From assembly GCF_009834535.1 (NCBI RefSeq), contig NC_045697.1, positions 118,422,001 to 118,486,000 of the forward strand: a DNA stretch of 64,000 nt, written 5' to 3'. This document shows, in pieces, positions 41,401 through 53,700 of this stretch. Numbering within the stretch: the stretch's first letter is position 1; each line of letters starts with the position of its first letter. Source of the DNA: Camelus ferus. Its lineage: Eukaryota. The notes beneath the pieces are model-generated. The model saw only the letters and a list, made by a program, of their open reading frames with translations, searched no databases and was not told where the DNA came from. The position numbers and the translations under genes are program-made.

Positions 41401-44400
41401 AGAAAAGAAGCAACTTGATTTAAAAATGGGCCTTTTTGAGTTTATTTTTGTGTATGGTGTGAGAGAGTGTTCTAACTTCATTGATTTACATAAACTCAAA
41501 ATGGCTTAAAGACGTAAACATAAGGCAAGACACTAAACCTCCTAGAAGAAAATATAGGTGAAACATTTTCTGACACAAATCTTAGCAATGTTTTCCCAGG
41601 GCAGTCTATCCAGGCAATAGAAATAAAAGCAAAAATAAGCAAATGGGACCTAAATAAACTTATATGCTTTTGCTTGGCAAAGGAAACCATAAGCAAAACA
41701 AAATGACAGCCTATGGAGTGGGAGAAAATGTTTGCAAATGGATAAAGAAGTTGTGGTGTATTTATACAATGGAATACTACTCAGCCATAACAAAGAATAA
41801 AATATTGCAGCAATATGGATGGAGCTGGAGATCGTCATTCTAAGTGAAGTTAAGTCAGATAGCGAAAGAAAAATATCATATGATATCACTCATATGTGAA
41901 ATTTAAAATAAGAAAAAAGAGGACACTACTGAACTCATCTACAAAACAGAAACAGACTCACAGACATAGTAAACAATCTTATGGTTAGTGGGGGAAGGGG
42001 ATGGGAAGGGATAAATTTGGGAGTTTGAGATTTGCAAATGTTAACCACTATATATAAAAATAGATTTAAGAAACCAAACTTCTTCTGTATAGCACAGAGA
42101 ACTATATTCAATATCTTATAATAACCTATAATGAAAAAGAGTATGAAAAGGAATACAGGTATGTATATGGATGACTGAAACATTATGCTGTACACTGGAA
42201 ACTGACACACTGTAACTGACTATACACGTCAATTAAAAAAATAAAAAAGAAATAAAAGAAATGTAAGTTATGAAAATAAAGAACCATACATAATGCAAGG
42301 CAGAAATTGCTCAGCAAAATAAAATAACAAAGTACTTATTAAGCAAACGGACTACTTCTACTTTAACTGCCAAGAAGTCACTTTGACAATAAAGAGGCAT
42401 TTATTGAATAAATATTTGCCTTACACTCACCATATTCCAGGCACTCTTCTAAATGTTTTGGAAAAAAATAATTTGACCATACAAGTAACATTTTGAGATG
42501 GGATATATTAAAACCTACCAGTGGAATGACGTGTACCATATATTAACATACACTAGATTTACACATGAGGACCCTGAGTCACAGTGAAACGAAAATATGT
42601 ACTAAGTCACCCCGTGAAGTGGCTGTAAAAATCAGGCCTTGATCAGACGAGCAGAACCACCATGAGGGACAAAGCATAAAGTATGTATCATGGGGGCTGA
42701 GCCCCACTAAATCACAGGGGCTGGAAAGAAGTCCTTGTAGGTCTGCTGCCTCTGTTTCTGGGGCTGGACCCGAAGTCAGCAGGACTGGCGATTAGAAGGA
42801 AGGTAGATGTGTGTCACCACCTTCGGTCCAGCTTGGATTTGAACCTAGAAGTCTGCTCCTAAGTCCGCATTCTTAGCAGTGACCCATTCCCACCACTCTT
42901 GATGTTGGGTCCTGAAGGTCCCTTTAGAAGTACCCAGATCAAGGGCTGGGAGGCATTCTAGGCAAATGAAACGATGTGCAGAAACACAAGGTAGTTTACA
43001 GAAGGCGACAAAGACCTCTTAGGGACCTGTTTTTTATCACAGTATTATAAATGAGGAGATAAGATGGAAGAGACGACGGGGTCCAGGCATGGTCTGCTAG
43101 AGTCCTCTAAATACCGCCTTTATCTCCACTAATAGGTTCCAGACAGAAGCTGCCACCAAATTTGGCATTATTTTTTTCTTATGGCACATTGTATCCAAAG
43201 TCCTTCATCTTCAGGAAATCAGTACCAATTCCACTGGCTCTAAAGAGGCTATTGATTTTCTCGCAAGTCACCAAAACTTCAGCATTACGGAGTTCGTCAA
43301 GAAAAAAGGTTTTTATCTCAACAGGAGCACTTTGTTAGAATGCGACTTCTTTGGAAAGCCATGTGGCCCAGAGGTAAGGATTCCATATTTCTTCAAATAC
43401 CATCAATATAATAAGCTACTTCATTGCACCATTTCACACTGAGATAAAGTTTACTCCTATGGAGAATCAGTCTGCATTTGATCAACCAAAGATTATATTT
43501 CATTATATTTCATTAGTTCAGCCTTATGGTACCAGGGGCATAGCATACACGTGAGACATACTGCCTTTTTCAAGCAGTTTGAAAGGGAAAAATAGGGAAC
43601 AGACATCTCTGGTGATAGTCCTTCTAGAAGGAAAACCTTATCCATTTGTCTATATCCTGCCAAGGAGTCAACCAACCCCGGATCGGGGAGTACTTAGTGC
43701 ACATTTATTGAAAACAAGGGACCCATGCAGGTCACTCCCCTGTTGCTCAGGAGCCATCTGTGCATGAAAATGTCTCAGTTAGATACTCCTGCACAGATTG
43801 ACAAGTGTGGCTTACGAAACCCAACAACTGTTACTGGATACAAACCCAAAGGGCCAGGTGAGCCGTGCTTTCTGCTGTTTCTGCATTCTCACTTCAGGCC
43901 CTGTGATTAAGAAAAGAATTTTAGAGCAATGCAAACTTCCAAAGTGGCCAGAGTACCCCGCTGATTGTAGTTTCTTCGGTTTATTTTCGTATTTGAGGAC
44001 TTTGTGCACGTCTTCACTGAATATGGAAACTGTTTTACTTTTAATCATGGCGACAACCTCCAAGCAAAGGGAAAAGTGGGTGTTTCTGGAAGAGGCTTAA
44101 GCTTGCTCTTCAACATCAATCAGGTATTGAATTTTCTTAAACTGAACCAGGGTTCAGGACAGGAACAATGTGTGGGAGTTTCAGAACCGTTTGTCTTGGG
44201 AGATGTTCTCATGAGTTCATTTTTTGTTAGTTTAGCCAAGAGTCTTATGGATGAACAAACTACTGGCTTAGAGATTAAAAAGGCACAACTGAGAGGCAGA
44301 ACCTGGATAGTTTTAGCTGTACTACTTACTATCATCATTAGGACTCTGGAAATGTTCATGCCACAAAACAAGGAAACTAGAGATTTCTAAATCAGAATGC

Positions 44401-47400
44401 ACATAGTTCATTTAAGACAACCCTATGCATTTTAAAAATAATTCTTAGGTTTTAGGTAATATGTTTAGAAAGAAGCCATACACAGACATTTGGCAAGTCC
44501 TAGGATCCATACTCCAAAACGCTGATGACAAACTTGCTTTGCAAAAGTGTTGTGTTACTGGACTTTGCCTAGCTCTGTGTGTCGTTGGTCCAAGAAGTTC
44601 TAAGGAAGCATGTGTCCAGACACCTGAGAATGCAGTGGTGTTCACTTCAGGAGTTCCTGGTAGAGCTCTCACCCAAGGTTATTTCTTACCTTCTGTCTTG
44701 CACAATCATTTCTAGGATTACACACTTAGAGGTATTCGGTTTTGTAAACAAAAAGTCTGAAATGCTGTTGAATGAAGTATCCAAAATCACAAGAAATTGA
44801 TGGCAAAGATGAGAAATAAAACTAGCCTCCCTGAATTCCAGCAAAGTACCCACCTCCCCAATCCTAGTGAACAAAGCCACTGGTTACATGCCAGGAACCT
44901 CTCTTAAGGTGTGCTTCGTAACTCACCTGCGTCCATTCAAGACACTTTCCTTCATGTTCAGAAGCAGTGCAGGTACCCTGCTCCTGTGTCTACTTCATCA
45001 ATATTTTCATGTTATTTAAGAATTAGCCAGATGGTCACTTTGAATTTTATATGATTAATTTTACAAGCTGAAGTTTCTCAAATATTTTTAGAATACAATT
45101 AAAATCTGCAAATTCAACGCAACATTCCACAAGTAAATAGAACTGAAATATTTCTCCAGACTAGCCAGTTAAGTGTTCCTTGGAGGGTCATGACAGGACC
45201 AGGGGAAACAGGGTCCGGAGTTTCAGATGCAAGATGAAGCATATTTATTAAATGCAATCTCATGTGCAGTTGACTCATTGACAAGAAAAACCACCCCATT
45301 TGCAAGGCCACTCCCCCTCCTTGTGGCCTGAAATCACAGCTAATAGCAAAGGCACCAGAAGTTTAGTCTTAAATTGGCTCATCTGACAGAAGGTTTATAG
45401 AAAATCTTGGTATATGTAAATAGTAAATTGGTGTAGCCACTGTGGAGGACAGTATGGAGGTTCCTTAAAAAACTGAAAATAGACCTACCATGTGATCCAG
45501 CAATCCCACTCCTGGGCATAAAAGGAATGGAAACAACCCAAATGTCCATCAACAGATGACTGGATAAAGAAGATGTGACATACATACATATATATATATA
45601 TGTATGTAATGGAATACTACTCAATCATAAAAAGAATGAAATAATGCTATTTGTAGCAGTGTGGATGGACCTAGAGATTATCATACTACATGAAGTTAAG
45701 TCAGAGAAAAAAACATCAAATAATATCACCTATATGTGGAGTCTGAAAAATGGCACAAATGAATTTATTTACAAAACAGAGACAGATACGCAGACATAGA
45801 AAACAAACTTGTGGCTCCCCAGGGGAAATGGGAGGGGAGGGAGAGATTAGGACTTTGGGGTTTGCAGACACACTACTGTATATAAACTAGATAAACTACA
45901 AGACCCTACTGTAGAGCACAGGGAACTACATTCAGTAACTTGTAATAACATATAATGGAAAAGAAACTGAAAAAGAATTGATATGTATGTATGACTGAAT
46001 CACTGTGCTGTACATCAGAAACTAACAACATTGTAAATCAACTAAAAAATGATTTAAAAAATTGTTTTGTAAAACTTAAATTCATTTTCCCATAAAAGCA
46101 TTAAGGAAGTAGTGTGAGTCTTCACTTTTGTGGGAAAATGAATTGCCTTTTAAGTAAGACCAGATATTTTTGTTGCAAAGAGAAGAAGTGGGGTGAATAA
46201 TTTTGTAAAGCAAATGAAGCAAAGAGAACAGCCAAGGAGGAAGCAATTGCAGGCAAGCAGGGGAGGAGAGGCCCGGGGACATCAGGCGAGGAGCAGTCAT
46301 GATGTGCATTGTGACTGTCCCCTAAGGTGACAAACATCCGTGTGAAACCTTCCAAGCTTAGAAGTGGGAATCAGCCTTGAAAAGTATGTCTTAGGTGTTT
46401 AACTTTCGCCGCTTTCCTATAAAAAGAGATGGCATCCTGATACGAGATACCTGATTTTAAGCAAGGCAAGTGCTCTCCTGAGATGACCACATGCAATCTT
46501 AAACTCATGCAGCGTTGACGTCTACTTGCAGTTTGACAAGAAGCGCATTTTGGTTTCAGGAGGAATTCACGGATGACCCCACCCTTGGTTTTGTGGATGC
46601 TGGGATCGTCTTTGCAATCCATTCTCCCGTGAAGGTGCCACAGCTGGACGGCTTAGGCTTGTTGTCGCCAGTGGGGACGCACGCGCGGGTGACCATCCGC
46701 CAGGTGAAGGTGAGCGTCTGCAGACGCAGTGCCCGAGGGACATCCCTAATGCCTCTGCGTGGACACACCCTTCTCCCAGGCCTTCTGACACCCCAGAAAT
46801 TCCATAGTTCCATTCAGATCCCTTACAGGGAGGCTCACATGTCATGAAACAGTGAATTCACATGCACAATATAACTGAACGCTGGCAGCCTCACCAAGTC
46901 CAGCTACACTTTGACTGTCATTCCAGTTGGAAGGGACAGTGTCTGAGGAAATGCCAAGGGGGCTGAACTGTGCGTTTTCTCAGAGGGGCATTCGAGAAGG
47001 AGAAAGTCTGCAGGAGGAGCAGGGTTTCTGGGGTCAGAAGTGTCTGGCTGGTTTCCACTTGCCAGATCCCTGCCCTGTAACTTCCTCGATTCACCTCCCG
47101 AATTTCCATCTCCTCTCTGCACACTGGGGGCTGCGGAGCAGGGGACGTTTATTTGCACACTGGGAGGTGGGGGGTACTTCCTTTCACAGCTATCAGGAAA
47201 TTCAAGTGAAATGACACGAAGAAAGTGCTAAGCATCCTGCCTGGCACACAGTAGGTCCTCAGTGCAGGGTTTTCTCTGTGATTTTGGTTGCTGGTTTGTG
47301 CGTGGGTTGAGTGAGATGCTAAAATATCATTTCCATAAAGGATACCACTTTTCCTTGTGGGAGTTAATTTTTAGAGCAGTCGGTCTGATTTTATCGACTC

Positions 47401-50400
47401 ACTGCAGGCACAGAGCAGTTGGGATGTGTGTTGAAGGCCAACGATTAGACTCACTTCCAGGGATTTTCAGGTTAACAGAGTAGGCAAAATACACAAATGC
47501 AGTCAACTGGAAAAAAAAAAATCAGTGACCTTCGAGAGAAAAGTGAAGATGTGTATCTCTTCTTGGGGTGGAGGTGCGTGAGTGAGCTCAGAAAAATCTC
47601 CTCAACCATGTGTTGACTTTGTCTTAAGACAGTGCATCAAGAATACCCTTGGGGAGAATGCAACCCTCACATCCAGCTGCAGAATTTCAGGACATACAGC
47701 ACCTGTGGGTGCCTGAAGGAATGCAAAGCTCGGCACATAGAGCAGCTGTGTGGATGCGTCCCCTTCCTGCTTCCTGGTAAATAGACAACGGCTGCGTCCC
47801 CTCTTGACTTCTAGGTGCTTAACCCGAGACACGGAGATAAACGTGTCATGGAACTCTTTTCCATGCTTAAGAAAGTCTACGCTGCAAAGTCAATCATTTG
47901 ACAAATGGCAGCTGGCAGACTGTACATCATGGACTCATCGTAGAGATTTCTGGAAAAGGAAAGAGCCCTGTGTTGTCTGAGCTGGTCCCCAGGTCTCATT
48001 TTCCACATTTTCAGCTGGGTGCTCTCGAGTAGCTAAAGCTGCTTATCAGGGTTTCCTCAGTGTGACCTCATTCCTAATTATCTTTCCAAAGTTACTGGGG
48101 AAAAGTCTGAACTGGTAGATGGAAAATGATATTATATTTTTAAAATGTCTCCTTTCTTACAAAACAAAAGCTGAGTAATATGGACCAGAAACTAGGCAAG
48201 AGGAAGTATGAAACACAGGCATGACATTTGCACAAACTTCAGGGTCGATCAAGTGTTTTCAGGACAATGTGTCATTTGGTTTGGTCCTCACGCATCCGTC
48301 TAAGTCAACTTACCGGTGAGGAAACTGAGATTTACAGCTATTACACGGACTAGCTACAGAATCTCCACCAACACGTTGTAGAGGACGTTGTCAAAGCCAG
48401 CCTCTCAGCTATGGGCCATTTCCTGAATTCCATCCTTCTTTGTAGTGGGGGAAATACCATTGCAAGAAAGAAGGAACATTTTGGAAAAGAAGGCTATTTA
48501 CCAACAATGGTGGAGGTAGTTTTTTTCATTTTTCACTTCTTCACAAAGCACACTTCCTCTTAGTCCACTGAACTTACCCACAAGTTGTAAGTGGACTATC
48601 TCTTTTGGTCATTTTCAGGGCCATTAACTACACACTGAGGCTAACCTGTGATACATGGGTTATAGCAATGGACAAATACTGTATGAAGATGCAGCGGGCG
48701 GGTATAGTTCAGAGGTAGAGCGTGTGCTTAGTATGCACGAGGTCCTGGGTTCAGTCCCCAGTACCTCCACTGAAAAATAAGTAAACCTAATTACCTCCTC
48801 TCTCCCACCCCACCCCCAAAATCAATAAAAAGATGCAGAGGCTAAGTCTTTAAAGTCAGCCCGGGATTAAACCCAGCTCTGGTACATACTGATTTTGTCT
48901 CAAGGTCCACAGCAGGTGCTTAACAACTGTTGGCACTTCCCCGGCCCACCCTGCCACTGGAAATGCAGCCGACTGGGTGTGCGAGTGCGTATCAATTTAA
49001 ATCAGTGAGCAGAGGGCGTGGGGTGGAAGGTGAACAGAATGAACAGGACATTCGTCCCTAACTGCTCAGGCCACTTTCTGAACCTGGGTTTCTTCATTTG
49101 TAAAACGATGATTTCCACATCATTGGACTACAGTAGAAAAAGAATGGGATGATAAATTCAAAAGCAATTTTAAATTTCAGAACTAGGGGCAGTTTAAAAT
49201 TATTATTACTGCTTAAGAAGATTTTAGAATGATACAGATGGAAAGAAACGTGGAAGTAAAAAAAAAACACGGTTATCCTTCCTCTCAGTGTGGATTTCCG
49301 CGGGGTGTTATGTTTTCACGGGTTTTTTTTTTTGCAAAAGAATAAATGGATGGATGGATGGAAGGTATTTTGTCATTATGCCACTTATTTCATAAAATGT
49401 AAAGTCTATATTTACACTTATTATTTTTAAGGAAACGGGGTAGAGTGTGACCTGCAAAAGTTTTACAACTGTGTGTCTCCCGTACTCGGTAAGTGGCTTC
49501 ATTTCTTCCTTTATTTTCAGGATTTATATGAAAGTTGCTCAGAGCAATACAAGACTCTACATCATACTGTGGATAGTTCAGAAATGAAACAGGAGAGGCT
49601 ATAAGGGGTAATTTTTCAACGTCCTTAAAATTAGCAACTATAGCTTACATAGACACAGACAGTAAAACGAAACAGGAAGCCCTGTGATTTCAAGATACAT
49701 CTGAATTAAAGGTACGCAGTGACAAAGTAACAGCAAGAGACCTCTGGGTTTTATTTCTAATTTTTTTAATTTAAACTTTACAGTCAAAATAGCTTCATTG
49801 ATTTTTCTCATCACATAAATAAAGCATGCTTGTTGTGACTAGTGCAGACGTCACAAATAGGAAAGAGTCACGTGGGAGTCAGCAGACGTAGCACCGCTTT
49901 GAGAGTTACTGTCACAGCTTAGGTGACTGTTCTTTTACTCTTCATTTCATTACATGTGCTTTATAATTAGGTGCACAGATATAATTTTACATAAGTGGAG
50001 TCACAACCATACACGCCACCTTTACCTTCTTAAACAGCATTTTTTTGCTTATATCTCTCTTAACTTTCAACCAGTGTTAACACTCTAGAATACTCAGCCC
50101 TAATTTTCTCCACAAATGCAGCTTCATATTTATGACTAGGTCACTGGTTATTTCATTGAGATGGAATCATATTATATCCCCTTCTATGAAACCTGCTGCT
50201 CTAACGCACCGTGAAAACGTCTCCAGGGCCACAGGAATAGACTTACAGGCTCTTTTCAAGGGTGGTAACATATTTCATGGAACGGGTGTGGGTGGGAGAG
50301 ATCTTATGGTTTTAATAGCTCGCAAGCTGAATACGTGTAAGTCCTATCACCGACCACTGATGTAAAGTTACGTTGTCAATTTCTTGTAATTTCACACCCC

Positions 50401-50760
50401 TGCCGGGGGCTGTGGGGGAAGTTTGGGGAAACAAATCATGCACGTATTATGGAATAGTGGGCTCAGGAAAGTGTGTATGTGTGTACATGTGTATACATGT
50501 ATGTGTATGCATGTGAATGTGTACGGGTGTGTATGTTTATGTGTATGTGTGTACATGTGTGTACGTGTATGTGTGTATATGTATGTGTATTGTGTACTGT
50601 GTATGTGTGTACATGTATGTACGTTTGTGTGTACATGTATATCGTGTATTGTGTACATATGTGTGTACACGTGTGTGTGCGTGTATGTGTGTGCATGTGT
50701 GCATGTATACATGTATGTGTGCATCCGTGCGTGTATATGTGTGTGTACGTGTGTGTGTGT

Positions 50761-50796
<36 letters not shown>

Positions 50797-53700
50797 TAAA
50801 GTGTGGTGGGTTTTGCCAGTAGTCTAACTAGAGGATACATACAAAAGTCAGGGCCTGAAGGAGAAGCAATGTTATAGAGTCTGGAAAACAAGCCTGAAGT
50901 TGGTCATTAATCAGGTTTTGCTGTATTAAGTTAAAATATAAATAAAATATGAATATCATTTGTTAAAGTAGTGATAGAACTTGTTAACCACAGTTTTAAG
51001 CATTGAAAGTGAAATGACAAAATATTAAAAAGCTCTTTCCCGCCCACTGTGAATAGAATAGTCCTCTTCTCTGAGTTCCTGGGTTAATTTTCATTTCAGA
51101 CCACATTGAAGTTAAGGGACTGTGTACAAAGGGAACACATAATTCCAGCTGCCCTGTCCCTTGTGAAGAAACGGAGTACCCTGCTACTGTTTCTTACTCA
51201 ATGTTTCCAAGTCACCAAGCTTTGAAACATCTTTCCAGGAAGTTGAATCGAAGCTGGGACTACATCAGGTAACCTTTTTCAGTCTGGTAAATTATTTGTA
51301 ATTAACATATTTTCTTTATTTTCAAAGACTTGGGACATGAAATTCTGATCAACCGAAGGAAGCTATGACTTACATTAATGAATGATCGGTGGAAGCCTAG
51401 AATTCTAAAAGTAGAAAATTGAATTAATTGAATTGAGCGAAAGGTAAAATGAGGCCAGCCTGAGTAATTTGCTTATGATCTTACCTTTTTTTGGCCCAAC
51501 CGGGAATAATGCTGACTAATATCAGTTCACTTGTGTAAACATGAAATCTCTTTCTTGTCTATTATTATGGTTGAGTCTTCTAAGAACTGTTTAAGGTAGA
51601 CGGAGCACGGAGTAGCCTCATTTTACAGACGAGGGGACTGAGGACCCTGGCATTTTGAGAAACCATCCTGTGAAGGTAGTTCACACAAGGAATTTATGCC
51701 CAAAGCCCACGACTCGATATATTTCCACCGAGACATATGGCAGTTTTGATGAACTGAGGACTCTGTTAGGTTTCTTTCTGCTACACCATGCCTCTTAGAA
51801 ATTACAAACCAAACGTCATAAAGAACTCTCTATTTTTAAGTCGGGGAGCAACCTTAACATTTCTCTTTGTATTTTATTTATATTTTCAAGCTGAAAACCT
51901 GAAATAGCAGCACAGTACATTTGGTGTTTGTACTTACAGCTATTATAATAAAGTATATTAACTAATTAAAAGCTGATTTACTTTTATGCAGTCAAGGCTC
52001 CAACTCTGAAAGCATGCTTTGATTCCAGTGTTAAGCTGGTATTTATTTTCATGAGACAAACAAACAAACTAAAAACGCTCTCCTGCGTAAATGCCTAGAC
52101 AGTAAAGCATTCTTTCAAATCAGGAAGAAAAAGTATTTTCATCAAGACAAGGTTGCTAAGGTATCATTTCAAACACTTAGCAGATAAAAAGATGGAAAGT
52201 AGAAAAATCACAATTATATCTTTGTTAACACTTTGATCTCCAGTACAGATATCTATTTGTATTTCACTTTAATATGGAAACTGGTGTACTTAGAGTATTG
52301 TTGCCAAGTCCAAACTCGTTCTGCTCGCTGCACGACAGGCCAATAAATCAGGAGACGAGGTGTCGGGGCAAGGAATAGTGAGTTTATTCGGAAAGCTTAC
52401 AGACTGACAGGATGGCAGACTAATGTCTTGGAGAACCATCCTGCTCCAGTCAGAATATGGGCTCCTTCTATACAAAAATACAAGTGGTTGGTTGTTGCAA
52501 ACTTCTTGCTGCAGGCATTCTTTGTTCTTGCAGCCGTCCACGTGGGCCAGATCATGATGTCCCTGTAAACTTCTAACAAAACAGAGGTTATTCTCTATTT
52601 TGCAACTTGCCATTGCTACATAAGTGCTTAAGACCTAACATCCTTAAAGCTCAGAGCCCTGAGAATAGGCTCTCCTGGACATTTCAGGCTAAAGGCAACA
52701 TTGTTTTACAGAAGGTACAGAGCTAAGCCTAGAAAGCAGGGCACAGTGGTTAAAGCTAAAGGAACAGATCCAATATAGTCAGGTTTGTTCTCTATTACAG
52801 TATGACTCCTTATTTAACTGTGACTGAGAAGAGCACATTGTGTGATTTTTGGCTGAGAGAGCCCCTGAGTTTCCTATTTAGCATGCAGAGAATGTAGGCG
52901 TGATGTTGGAGACGTTTTGGTGAATCAGAAAAGAAATCCATTGTGAAACAAGATGGTCCTAGAGAACATAGCTTGTTTTTTCCTAAAACTTTTATTAGAA
53001 GTAGTTATCTGGTTAATCTCATCATGTAACTAACATGTGTGGCCCATACATAGTTGGGATAGGGGAAGCCACTAGGCAGGTGGTGGATCGGCGCAGCTGG
53101 ACTCAAGGGTGACCAGATCCTAGTCAGAGCCGGTGGTTAGAAGTCACACATAAATTAAAACACCAGTTTGTACACGGGGACCAGAAATCAAAGAGTGGTA
53201 AATCAGAAAATACAAGTAGTTTGTCAGGAAAGCAGATATAAAATCTTAGCATTGCGAACATTTGAAACAAAGCAACACCAGACCAGGACCAGTCCGGAGC
53301 CCCACACAGCGGTGACTGAATTCCATTAAGACGAAGATAAGAATTTAGCCTGACAGAAGCAGGCCACGTGGGAGTGAATGGACCGGTCAGTTGTGGCTGA
53401 ATTTAGGTCAATTTCATTAGCAAAACAAATGAACTTTAAAAAATTTTTGGCCTTAATTTAACACATTCTTAGGTAAAATTTGTATAAAATTATTTACTTT
53501 ATGCAAAACAAATTTATTCCCCTAAATACAGCAGTTACATTCAAGCACCCAGAAGTATTTTTGTTTTGTAAACGCAGTGAACTATTTTTCTTTGATTTTC
53601 TCATCCTTATTAAAATCCAGATTTATTTCATAATTGTGCCTCTCCTGACATAAACAAATATTCTTGGGCTAAAACCCTGAACAGTTTCACTATCACCATG

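Noticed and set aside
50392..50891. Cys/Val-rich and His/Thr-rich ORFs
   Set aside because: They are translations of the compound TG microsatellite.
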